The position numbers were made by a program, and so were the translations under genes. Shown piece by piece: positions 51,965 through 63,607 of a DNA stretch of 64,000 nucleotides. Source of the stretch: Octopus vulgaris (taxonomy: Eukaryota); NCBI GenBank assembly GCA_951406725.2, contig OX597815.1:95480001-95544000 (forward strand), given 5' to 3'. The notes under the pieces were generated by a model. The model made no database searches. It was not told the DNA's origin and worked only from the letters and a program-made list of their open reading frames with translations. Within the stretch, counting starts at the first letter, position 1. The number at the start of each line of letters is the position of its first letter.

Positions 51965-52196
51965 TACAGGAAAATATCAGAGACCCTTTGTATTCCATTT
52001 TCTACCATATCTTCATTTATTCAAATATATAAAAATCGAGAACTGCTGAAAACAGAATAAGATCCAGTGTACCATGCAAAATTTCCCCTAGATCTTTAAG
52101 AAAAATGAAGTGAAGAATCGTAAAGAAAACGCAACGATCACCAGAAAGCAGTTGCAAGAAGATTTGTTAGCTTCAGGGACTTATTTTTCAACAACC
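51965..52196 (+). mobile_element. Tc1 transposase N-terminal fragment
   Basis: RKISETLCIPFSTI...RSSVPCKISPRSLRK...ITRKQLQEDLLASG. Confidence 0.7.
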
Positions 52197-52221
52197 ATAC
52201 ATATATATATATATATATATA

Positions 52222-53385
52222 TGGTTATTGCGCATGAAATGTCGTATTAGAAAAGTAACAATAACATGTTTCAGAAGTGTTAGAGAACTGATTTACTTAA
52301 TCAAAGTACGATCCATGTGACCTTTACCCAACGTTTCTGTAGGTCATAGATTCTTTAAAAAACAATTTCATCTTTTGTTGTGATAAACTGTCTGAATACT
52401 TCAATTACGTCTCTATTTAAGAATGTAATGCGCATGAGAGTTTTAAAATGCTTAAATAAGTGATAATCAGTAGGACAGATGTGAGGGGAATAGGGAGGAT
52501 GTTACAAAATCTCATAATTTAGGCATTGTTGTGAAGCAAAATTGGGCCATCTCTATTCACTAGTCTTCTTTTCCAAATTCTCATGCATACAATCAATTTG
52601 CTAGCAATACGATGTTGCTGTTACCGTTTTTCCTTTTTGCAAAAATGAATAAAAAATAATTCCCTTCGCAGACCACCAAACAATGACCACCAACTATTTA
52701 GGGTACAATGGTGGTTTTGGGTAGTGTTTACTTACCTTTCCTGCGTCTAATCACTGTCCTGTTCTCCTGCTGTTGTCAAAGAGTATCAATTGCTCATCAA
52801 ATGTAATAATTCGATGCAAAAATGGTTTGTTTTTCCTTTCAAGAAAGCAATAAGGAGTTCACTTTCAGTTGATGTGGAACAAACGTATCCATTTTCTTGA
52901 CTTTTCCAATATTTTCAGTAGTCGAGAAACATTTGTGTGAGATGTTTGGAGTGGTGATGAACGTTTTAGGACCATTGTTCTCGGATATTGTTCAATCAAA
53001 ACACATTTAATCCATCATACTGAGTAACTGGCCGTGGCCTCCCACTTCGTTTATTTTCAAGGCTATCATCTCCTGAACGAGATCTTTAGAATCATCCCTG
53101 AACAGTTCTGATGTCAAGAAAACCCTTACCAAAGGCCCGCTTGTTATTCCGTAGATCTTCTGCGGCAGAACGACCCAGTCTGTACTCTTACAAGAAACTC
53201 ACACACAGATGTATGGTTGTTATCATTTCTATAAGAGCAGTGGATACGATTTTATTTTTATTTTAGTAATATTGTTTGGAAAGAGAAAGAGTCAAGATTA
53301 AATGCAAGGATATATAAAATTGAGATATTAAGTTATTAAAATAACAAGTAATTAAAAATGCGAGATTTCATGTGTGACAACTTAG
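52222..53385 (-). mobile_element. Mariner element, decayed, with both TIRs
   Basis: EIL*HPPYSPHICPTDYHLFKH (equivalent to YSPDLAP.D) and RTVQG*F*RSRSGDDSLENKRSGRP. TIRs tggttattgcgcatgaaatgtcgtatt and aatgcgagatttcatgtgtgacaactta. Confidence 0.85.
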
Positions 53386-53396
53386 TATATATATGC

Positions 53397-53475
<79 letters not shown>

Positions 53476-54929
53476 ATTTCACTGGTCCCACTCCTGAACT
53501 ATATGGTCGTTACATTGACGACATTATCGGTGCCACCTCACTCTCCCGCGAACATCTAGATTCCTTCCTCTCTTTCGTCCAATCTTTCCATCCAGCCCTC
53601 CACTTCACTTCCACTATCTCCAACACCTCTGTCTCCTTCCTCGACATTTCGGTTAGCATTCTTCACTCCACTCTTACCACCTCCATTCACTACAAACACA
53701 CAGACTCACACTCATACCTCAACTTCTCTTCCTCCCACCCAGAACACACCAAGCTTTCCATCCCCTATTCCCAATTCCTCCGTCTACGTAGGCTCTGTAG
53801 TGACGACCATGACTTTGAGACTCAGTCTCAACGTATGGCTCACCACTTCACCCTACGTGGATACCCCCTCACCACTATCCACACCGCCCTTGCCAGAGCA
53901 CGGTCCGTGGACCGTGTATCTGCTCTCTCTCCCCGAACCCGCCCTGTAGTCTCCCGCCTCCCTTTTCCCCTCACTTACCACCCCACGACCCTACGTCTCC
54001 AACGCACCATTCTTCGAGCTTTCCGTCATCTCCAGTCCGACCCGTCCACTTCACACCTCTTCCCTAACCGACCCCTCCCCTCTTTCAAACGAGCCCACAA
54101 CCTTCGAGACCTTTTGGTCCATAGCTCCTTCCCTGACCCTACCTCCCAACCCGGCTCGTTCCCCTGCTCCCGCCCACGTTGCCGCACTTGCCCTTACCTC
54201 TCCAACACCACCCGCCTCACTAGCACCCACCATCGACCCTATCCCATCATCCACTCCTTCACCTGCACCTCCAGCAATATTATCTATTGCATATCTTGCT
54301 CTCTCTGCAATTCCTTGTACATCGGACAAACGGGACGCCGCTTGGCTGACCGGTTCGCGGAACACCTTCGTGACATCCACCTTGCGAACGACACACCGGT
54401 CTCACGCCATTTCCACTCCACTGGTCACTCCTTGCAACACCTATCTGTGTTCGGTTTGTCCTTACACAGAGGCCATCCGGATTCCCGTTTGCGCCGTGAA
54501 CAGGAATTAATCTTCTCTCTTCGCTCTTATACGCCATTTGGTCTCAACTCTCCCCCCTCCTCATCTAACCCCCCTCTCCCCCTCCTCACCTATCCTTTCC
54601 CCCCGACCCCTACTTCTTCAGTCCTTCATCCTTTCACCCCTACTTCCCTTCCCTTCTTCCCTCTTTCTCCCTCTCTCCTTCCCTCTTCCCCTTCCCTCTG
54701 CTTCCTCACTCCCTCTCTCCCCCTCTCCCTCTTTCCTCCTTCCTCCCCCTCCTCCCCTTCCTTCTCCCCTCCTCCCCTTCCTTCTCCCCTTCCTCCCCTT
54801 CATTCTCCCCCCTCTCTCTTCCCCCTCCTCTCCTCTCCCCCCCTTCTCCCCCCCTTTTTTCTCCCCCTCCACTCTTCTCCTCACTACACCACACGACGTT
54901 ACACATCACATCATATATGATGTGCCATA

Positions 54930-55230
54930 CTAATACATACACCAATTAATACATACTAATACATACACCAACCCTATACATACACACGTCCAGACCCCGC
55001 ATACGCACTTATACTCTCTCATACACACACACACACACTTATACATACTAATACGTACTAATACATACTAATACATACTAATACATACACCAACCCCATA
55101 CATACGCACGTCCAGACCAATCCTACGCACTAGTACTCCCTCATACACACACACACACACCCTTATACATACTAATACATACACCAACCCTATACATACA
55201 CACGTCCAGACCCCTCCTACGCACTATTAG
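54930..55230. repeat. Three imperfect tandem units in the PLE 3' region
   Basis: atacatactaatacatacaccaaccc.atacatac.cacgtccagacc...tacgcact at about 54950, 55070 and 55165. Confidence 0.85.
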
Positions 55231-55386
55231 CTGGTCCTTCAACCCTATTATCTCCCCTTATTTCGCTCTCGCGTCTCATGTTTGATCTTTGACCTCTGGC
55301 CGAAATCAGATCGCCATGTTGATTCGTTAGCTACTGCACGCATTTTTTTCTCTCCTTCTTTCTGTGTTTTTTTTTCTCTCTGTGTA

Positions 55387-55425
55387 TCTTTCTGTTGAAG
55401 AGCGTAGGCTCGAAACGTTAAAGAC
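55387..55425 (+). ncRNA. Minimal type I hammerhead-like motif with A6U core variant
   Basis: ucuuu-CUGUUGA-a-gagc-guag-gcuc-GAAA-cguu-aaaga. The palindromic aacgtt stem III region is typical of PLE minimal hammerheads. Confidence 0.6.
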
Positions 55426-55521
55426 TTGTTTTATTTATATTTCCTGAGCGCCATACTAATACAATTGTTCGTTTGTTTTCCACCTGCCTTCGTCTTTTGT
55501 CTATTTTCATAAAGCTTCCCG

Positions 55522-55580
<59 letters not shown>

Positions 55581-55584
55581 ATGG

Positions 55585-55898
55585 GTACATGACATCACCA
55601 ACTGTGTAAACAAAATGAAGTATGAAGACAAACGATTTAAATACACAAACATTGAGAGCAGATAGAAAAAAGGACAAGTAACACAAAAAATGACCTTTCA
55701 TCAGTTGTCGGCTGTCAATCTATAACTGATTTCGGGAATGCTCGAAATGAGGAGTAGATACAGAGCTGACAACTGATGAATGGACGTTCTTTGTGCTACT
55801 TGTCCTGTTTTCCAATTCACCTCTCGTTGTTTGCGTACTTAACTCGTTCGTTTGTTTTCGTACTTCATGTTGTTTACACAGTTGGTGACGTCCTGTAC
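55585..55898. repeat. Fold-back element with arms of about 155 bp and a minimal loop
   Basis: gtacatgacatcaccaactgtgtaaacaa...ttcatcagttgtcggct...atttcg pairs with cgaaat...agctgacaactgatgaa...ttgtttacacagttggtgacgtcctgtac. Confidence 0.9.
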
Positions 55899-55990
55899 AC
55901 ACACATTCACACACACACACACGCACACACATATATATGTATATATATGTATATATATACATACATACATATATATATATATATTATATT

Positions 55991-56043
<53 letters not shown>

Positions 56044-56439
56044 CTATATATGGTCCTGTCCCATCATTTTCTCGCTTATGGCATGTGCTACAAAGTGATG
56101 AGTATTTACGTTAAAGCATTTAATAATGTTTTATTTATTTATCGTAGTTTGTACAGATGTACCAAGCTCTTTAATTGAAATACAAAGTATTTTTTTATTG
56201 ATGAATATGTATAGGAAATTAAATTATCTGAGTAGTATATTTCACTTGACACTGAAATGAAGATAAAGTTTTACATTTCTAGAATTTGAATGTAGGCAGA
56301 ATTATTTTAAGATGTTTTAAGTATTGCATCTACGACTCAGCTTTAATACGAAATTTTGCAAGACAAATAAACGTGTTACTATAGTGTCCACTTCTGTGTT
56401 GTAAAAGAAAACTTTCCCTCTCATGCGCTTATTCAGGTC

Positions 56440-57570
56440 TATAATTTTCTCCAAAAGTTTCTTAGAGTAAGGCACTGAGATGAAAGGAAAACGACAAAAT
56501 TATCCAGTCATATATGGTCATTAAAAGATAAAGGTGTCAGTTACAACATCCATTGGGAGATCTCAGCCAAGTGTAAGCCCTACACCTACGGTAGTGGAAA
56601 GTGCGGTCTATGTGATATGGAAAGATGGCTCATCTGGAAAAGTAGCTTAGACCCCGCTATATGTCTGAATTCAAGAAATGAACTTTTCGGGTCATGCCCA
56701 AATGTGGCCAAATATTTTTTCACGTTTTGGTCCCCACGAGACTGCAGATAGAACTTGCTTTCTATATTGTGTCCACGCACAAACTTTTTATCTCTTTATA
56801 ACTTTTACTTATATTTCTTATATATTTTTATTTATAATATTTATACATATATTTCTTACATATTTATAGAGATATTGGTTTATAGGTTTATTGCTTATAT
56901 ATTTTTTACACATAATTTTTCTGTATTCTACCTTTCACCTTGCATTTTTCCCTGTGCGTATATAGACGTGTATATGGATTCTTGTGTGCGTGCGTGTGTA
57001 TGTGTGCGTGCATGCGAGTATGTGCGTATATAGACGTGTTTTACTCAGTGGCATTACACATTTTCCTGTATTTTTGCTTTTAACGTTGTTTTTTCTTGTG
57101 TATAGACGTATGCATGATCTTTTTTGTGCGCGCGTGTGTGGGGGCGTATACAGATGTGTGCGGGTATGTGCGTATATAGGCGCGTGTGTGTGTGCGTGCA
57201 TACGGGTATGTGCGTATATAGACATGGTTTACTCTTTGTACACTCCTTTAGATGAATGTATACTTTTAGGCGCACGCATGTGGGTGTGCGAGATCGCATG
57301 TGTAGGTATGAATATGCGCGCTTACACGAATACTATTACATTTTTACCCCCTTACTTGTACTCCCTCCCCTCATTTAGCGGTCATTCTAATAGCTCTTTT
57401 GTCTTAATAACGGTCACTCACACAGTAATTTCCCTTTGTATAACGGTCATTTTTGATAGCATTTTTCCGATGGCCGGGTAACTGAAGAGATGGCGGCGTG
57501 GATTTCCAACTCTGCATCCGAAATTCGGAGTTTCATCATGGCTGCCGAATAATTGTCACATATTATATTT
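56440..57570 (+). mobile_element. PLE endonuclease C-terminus of a different clade (Naiad-like), plus 3' region with minisatellite and HHR-like motif
   Basis: TKLSSHIWSLKDKGVSYNIHWEISAKCKPY...KCGLCDMERWLI.......CLNSRNELFGSCP..AKY (56491-56720). gtatgtgcgtatatag repeats at 56950-57225. CTGAAGA-gatg...catc-c-GAAA at 57482-57523. Confidence 0.75.
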
Positions 57571-57618
57571 ACACACACACACACACACACACAAACACAC
57601 GCACACACACACACACAG

Positions 57619-57675
<57 letters not shown>

Positions 57676-57682
57676 ATTTATA

Positions 57683-58237
57683 ATATCAAAGGGTAATCTG
57701 AAATATTAGAAATTTCCATTTCCAGTGGCCTAGTGTGTGAAAATTTAGTCAATACACTATATATTATTCATATAAATACAGTCTACATTTAAACACACAA
57801 GTGGTATCAATCATAGGGCTACCTGCACGCTAGAGAGGGTAGTTAAATTGCAAACCACTATTAGGGATAACATTTCGAAGGGAATGAAAAATTTACCATC
57901 TATCTTCTGGACCAATGGTTTCAGACATTTTTTAGCAAATAAAATAATTTGCTAGGCGAAGCCTTCGTCAGTAGGTACACTTTCGATTTAATATATATAC
58001 ACGAGGCAATCCAGTATATGCCCCGTGCTAATACATTCTAATTCTTCAAATCTACCGCGCAAGCGCAGCTTTTTTGTTGGCACTAAATAAATATGCTGGC
58101 TTTTTCATTTCGAAAATTATCCAGGAAAAATTATCAATAATAAAAAAATATCAAAGGGTCATCCGAAATATTAGTATTTTCCATTACCTGTGGCCTAGCC
58201 TGCAGAAATTTAGTCAATCGACTATACATTATTTACA

Positions 58238-58274
<37 letters not shown>

Positions 58275-58386
58275 GCTGTAAATTTAAGCACATAAGAGGA
58301 TCCAGCTTAAGGCTACCTGCACGCTAGAGAGGACACTTAACTTCCAAACCACCATTAGGGATAAAATTTCGAAGGAATGAAAAATA
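57683..58386 (-). mobile_element. Partial tandem pLTR or retrozyme-like unit: two ~210-bp direct repeats flanking a hammerhead
   Basis: 57683-57892 aligns with 58148-58386 (atatcaaagggt.atc.gaaatattag...ggctacctgcacgctagagagg...ttagggataa.atttcgaagg.aatgaaaaat). The hammerhead lies between them. Confidence 0.7.
57908..57975 (-). ncRNA. Hammerhead motif with canonical core and a hairpin inserted in stem II
   Basis: Minus strand: CUGACGA-AGGC-[uucgcc-uagcaaau-uauuuu-auuugcua-aaaaau]-GUCU-GAAAC-cauug-GUC. Stem I pairing is poor. Confidence 0.55.
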
Positions 58387-58403
58387 AAAACAAATTTAAC
58401 TGT

Positions 58404-58446
<43 letters not shown>

Positions 58447-58449
<3 letters not shown>

Positions 58450-58702
58450 AGTGTAATTCCGTGCCCAAATGAAAGTTCGATAAGTATTTGCTCGAATACA
58501 TAAAGATAAGTTAAGAAGTCCAAGCTGATGAGGTAACAGTTCAATATAATGCAAACGTTGAGTCCCCAAATGTATCCAATAAATAGAAAGAATCTTACGG
58601 CCATATCCGCGAATGTGCGAAGAAGTGTGTCGGTAAAACGTTTTGAACTTCAGTAATCCACAGTTCCTTCATCAGAGAATATGTACGGATTTGGAATTTT
58701 TA

Positions 58703-58708
<6 letters not shown>
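58447..58708 (-). mobile_element. pLTR-like fragment between (TA)n tracts with decayed hammerhead (58637-58678)
   Basis: Minus strand: CUGAUGA-ag-gaacu...aguuc-AAAAC-GUU. Confidence 0.45.
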
Positions 58709-58759
<51 letters not shown>

Positions 58760-59143
58760 CCAAGTGACACTTCTGGTGCTTTTGCAATGTAATAATACAT
58801 TGTTTACACCTTTTAGTTGGAAATGTTTTGCCGAAAGATTTATAAATATAACCATGTTAAATCCGACTATTTTATGAATATCGTAGACAATTCTAAGCGC
58901 TAATGATGTGTGCTTTCACACTCTAAGAATAAATGCGAATAATTATCGTTTTTGATGATATCAATTTGTTTATAATTAATGCATGTTATCTTATTAATAC
59001 AATTTATAATCTTCATTTCTCCGTTTACATAGAATTCAAATGATGCTTAAAGATAAAATTAATAACTCTTGGCACAATGGTTCACATCTTTTATTCTGTT
59101 GTAATGCTTTAACTACTATAAGGAAAATAGCACCACCACCACT

Positions 59144-59175
<32 letters not shown>

Positions 59176-59221
59176 GAATACAACCACCACCAACAACAAC
59201 GACAATAATGATAATAATAAG

Positions 59222-59675
59222 AAGTTATGGCTACACGACCAGATAGTGAAAGTGATACATTGGAAAATGTGCAAAAGGTGGGGGCAAGATAAAGCAGGAT
59301 GTTGTAAGAGTACGAACCGCAAAGTGTGTCGGAGTCGGAGATTGACAAAATCATCAGGGATTTCCCAATCGAAACAGATCAGGTGCTAGAGTATAACAGA
59401 CCAGACCTTGTGGTGGTGGACAAGGTGCACAACATATGCTATATAGTTGATGTGTCATGCCCCTTTGACCCTCGAATAGTCAGGAGGGAAAGCCAAAAGA
59501 TAGATAGAAACAACCCTCTTAAGTACAAAATAGCTTGGCTATAGAAAATGAAGAATGTGAAGATAGTGGCAATTATTGTTGGGTCCTTGGGAACAGTTTC
59601 AGAAGGCACCTAGAAGAATATAAAAGAAATTGGAATAGAATTCCAGTGGAACAGTTACAAAATGTTTGCGTGGTG
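59222..59675 (+). mobile_element. Second R4/Dong-clade endonuclease 3' fragment, older
   Basis: HDQIVKVIHWKMCK...DFPIETDQVLEYNRPDLVVVDK...YIVDVSCPFD...KID...PLKYKI....IIVGSLGTVS. Starts right after aataatgataataataa. Confidence 0.85.
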
Positions 59676-59849
59676 AGAAGACAAAGAGACAAGATGAAAC
59701 TATTAAAAATTACTAGTTTCATCTTGTCTCTTTGTCTTCTCTACATGTTGGTATATGAAAACTTAAGGTGGTTTTAGAGTCGGATCATGGCTGTTATTTT
59801 CAGCATGGTACTATCTCGTAGATACCCTAATTTATAATTTTAACATATA

Positions 59850-59880
<31 letters not shown>

Positions 59881-59886
<6 letters not shown>

Positions 59887-59999
59887 TATATAGAAGGAGC
59901 TTCTACAGGACTAGTACTGTTTCATTCAAGAGAAATCAGGACTAGTACTGTTGAATGAAACAGTACTAGTCCTGTAGAAGCTCCTTCTATATAATAAAT
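59881..59999. repeat. Perfect 49-bp inverted repeat with 21-nt spacer
   Basis: 59881-59929 is the exact reverse complement of 59951-59999. Confidence 0.97.
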
Positions 60000-60065
60000 T
60001 AATTTTACTCTGCTATGTATTGAGTACCTTACTTACTGTGGTTAACCCCGAATCAACCCGGGACC

Positions 60066-60124
<59 letters not shown>

Positions 60125-60487
60125 GTAAGTATACATATTGCTGTTTTGGGAAACGTAGATTAAATGAGTGAAGAAAACAGTTCTACGTCATAGACTTATT
60201 GCTACATTTTTAATGTATGTTATGCAAACATAATTTACTAACTTTACAACTTATTTCTGTATTTAACAATTCTATTTATATGAAGTAAATTGAAATGCTC
60301 CTTTATAGATTGCATATTGATTACATTTTATGTCTTAATTAAAACTTAATTATAAGATGAACGAAGAATGACTGTTTTGGGTTATGGTTTTATATATATT
60401 TATTATGCATTTCTATTTTATATCAATCTATCTGTCTGCATAGATGTATGTTTATGCAGATATACATATAGAAATAAGCATATGTAT

Positions 60488-60618
<131 letters not shown>

Positions 60619-60626
60619 GTTTCACT

Positions 60627-60760
60627 CGTACTTAATTCATCGACTCCGAAATGCTGAAATGCAAAGTAGACCTTAGTGGAATTTGAACTCAGAGCGTAGC
60701 GACTGGCGAAATACCGCTGGGTATTTCGGCCGGCGTATTAACGATTCTGCCAGCACACCA
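60627..60760 (-). mobile_element. SINE of the 26679 family, 5' half
   Basis: gtacttaattcatcgactccgaaa...ggaatttgaactcagagcgt...aataccgct..gtattt...taacgattctgccagc. Confidence 0.8.
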
Positions 60761-60771
60761 TATATATATAT

Positions 60772-61195
60772 GCATGTATGTATGTATGTATGTGTGTATG
60801 TATGTATGCATGTATGTATGTATGTATGTATGTATGTATGTATGTATGTATGTATGTATGTTTGTATGGATGTATATGTATGTATGAATGTATGCATGTA
60901 TTATGGATGGATGGATGGATGTATGTATGCGTACGTTTTTGTATGCATATGTGATAAATGTCGGGATTAAATACAGTACTTTAAAAAAGACGCTCATGCA
61001 CAAATACACACACAGCCACAAACATGCATCCGCGCAGACAATTGCACACAAAAACATAGACGCTCATTGCCCTATACATACAAACAAACACACATACGTA
61101 TTGGTGTAAACGCATGTTTACATGTATGTATGTATGTATGTATGTATGTATGTATGTATGTATGTATGTATGTATGTATGTATGTATGTATGAAT
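60772..61195. repeat. (TATG)n tetranucleotide tracts
   Basis: Tracts at about 60772-60900 and 61122-61192. Confidence 0.9.
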
Positions 61196-63576
61196 GCGTG
61201 TGTGTATGTATAGTCATATTCAATATCTGCATATCTGTTAGTTTCTTTGTTACAATTTGTTTTCCCCTTAAGTGTTATGTTTATAATTGTCTCCCTCTGC
61301 ATATACCCTACAAAGACGTATATTTTTCTGTAATATTTTCAACTAAATAACACCATTATTCCTACTTATTTATTCATTATTTGTGTTTTGTGAAATGAAT
61401 GAATGTGTATCAATCTGATGAGGTGTAATAATACATAATATAAACAGAAAAACACACACATACACAGAAATACACACACACATTCACTCGCAGGCACATA
61501 AACGCCCCACCAACAGCCTACTTCAAGAAGCTACACTTATAATTGAAATATACATTTCCTAAAGTAATATGAAGTATTTGCAGGAAAGTGAAATTGAAAC
61601 AAATTTTATGCAATTAATTTTAATGGAAAATATAATGCATTCTGAAAATAGAACAATTGTTGCCAGTCAATTTTTCTTTCAGTAATGTCAAAATGATAAA
61701 TAAACAAAACTTAAAAAGTAAATGTAATGAATGAAATAAAATACGTAACAAATAGATTGATGTTGTTATATTTACATAAAATATGATCTTGAGTTCAACC
61801 ATTTATATTTATTTTCAGCAGTCAAGTAATTAAGAAACGGCGTCATAAACACTTCTTTCTCCTGAATCTTACGAGTCTCTTTCTCCTTCCCTTTCTCTCT
61901 CTCTCTCTCTGTCTGCCTCTCACTCTCCGTTCATAGCTGTTTCTGAGGTTTCAGTTATTTTCTATCTTCCTACCCACCTTCCTCGAATACTTTATATCGA
62001 ACAATTGATGTCTTCTATAGTCATCATAACACTCTTTGCATTCTGCTTCGTCTAAATCTATTTTAATCCCACAATTTCTATTTTATCTTTTTTACTCCTT
62101 TCACATATGTTGTCTTCTAATACTTTATCTCTCATATTTCATCCCTTTATTCATAATTCGCATTCCTTGCGCGCACGCACACACAGACACAGGCTCACAC
62201 ATACATACACAAGCACACACACAATTATTATTATTTGCACATTTATTTTGTGAATTAACTTCATTTTATGAAATATCTGTATGCCTTCACTTGAATCTCT
62301 TAATTATTTGTTCTTCCTCCATCATTATTTATTCACAGCTAATAATAATTCCCATTCACCTCTATCGCATCGGAGTTTGTAAGTCGATATTCTTATCTAT
62401 CAATATGCATGTATGGGTATTTACGTGTGCGTGTGCAGATATGTGAGTTTGAGTATGCATATATTTATTCTATTTCTTTTTTTATGTTTTCTCATTGTGA
62501 CTTATTTTTTTCTCAGTGTTTCTATACCAGTGTATCTATTTTTCCCAACAGTTCATCTGAATCATCTTCGCTATTTACTGTTTTCGTACTCCTCCCTTCT
62601 CCATCCACCTTTTCCTTTTACTTTGTATTTTTTAAATTTTCAATGTGTATTTTTATTTCCAATACATTTGTTGGTGATAAATGATACATTCCTTGCGTTT
62701 AAAATAATTAAAACCCAACAAGGTGAACTAGTGCACATTATTATTTAAAAATTTACGAACATGATAGAAGGAAATCAATAGAAAAAAAACAAAAGCAAAA
62801 TGCATCCGCATAACTAATGAAAGTGACTTTGGTAATAGGCGATCAATCATTTAGGTTAGAGAAATATTGGTTAAATATTTAGTTCTTTATTTATCTGTCT
62901 ATTTGCTTTTACAGTTTTTGCTGATAGAGAAGAACTATAAATATTTTGCTAAATTTTATCGATCCGTTTTATGAATCTAAAATAGTTGTAGCTAGTTTAA
63001 TGCTACGATATGTAATTTCAAAGGATGTTTCATTGCCTATGATATCAATTTTTTCATTTAAGAGGCGTTATTACTCGTAAATATTGTTGTGACCACCAGT
63101 AGGAAGGAATTCAATATTGAGTGCAGAGAGTGCCAGAACAGAGAATATATTATTTTACTAATTTTGTCCTGTGGAATAGAGTTTTGCCGTGGGCTTCCAA
63201 AGACCTCTTAGATAGCACTTGCTAATATGCAAGTAAGAAAAATATGAATAATATCATGGGCCAAAGGTGCCAACGAAAAAAAGATATAAGAAAATATATA
63301 AGAAAATATATTAAAACAGGGTTTTAAAATTTTCAACGGCAATAACTTTCCCAATAACGGAACATTCCACCAATGGTAATTCAGAGGAAACATCAACCCA
63401 TACAGATAGGATTACTCTGCCATTTCCAAAGAAAGTGATCTCTTCTGGTTTATTTCCTCTTAGAAAATCATGTCCGTACCAGCAACTCTTCGTTACAAAT
63501 CAAAAAGTTGCTAATGTACAGACTCAGACACAAAACAATGCTTTGAACGAAATAAAGAAACGAATGAATGAATGAA

Positions 63577-63607
<31 letters not shown>

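Larger units (their letters stand above)
53478..55522 (+). mobile_element. Young 5'-truncated Penelope-like element (Neptune-type) in (TA)n: uninterrupted RT C-terminus and GIY-YIG, low-complexity 3' region, pLTR
   Basis: RYIDDI, HPALHFT, FLDI, YKHTDSHSYL...S.HP, IPYSQFLRLRRLCS, CSRPRCRTCP, FTCTSSNIIYCISCSLC..LYIGQTGRRLADRFAEH, PVSRHF and P.GLN, with no stop over about 1.07 kb. (TA)n on both sides. Confidence 0.97.

Noticed and set aside
53358-54920. 520-aa ORF as a complete protein
   Set aside because: The ATG lies in a mariner TIR and reads through (TA)n, and the Pro/Ser tail is a pyrimidine tract. Only about 53478-54550 is genuine PLE coding sequence.
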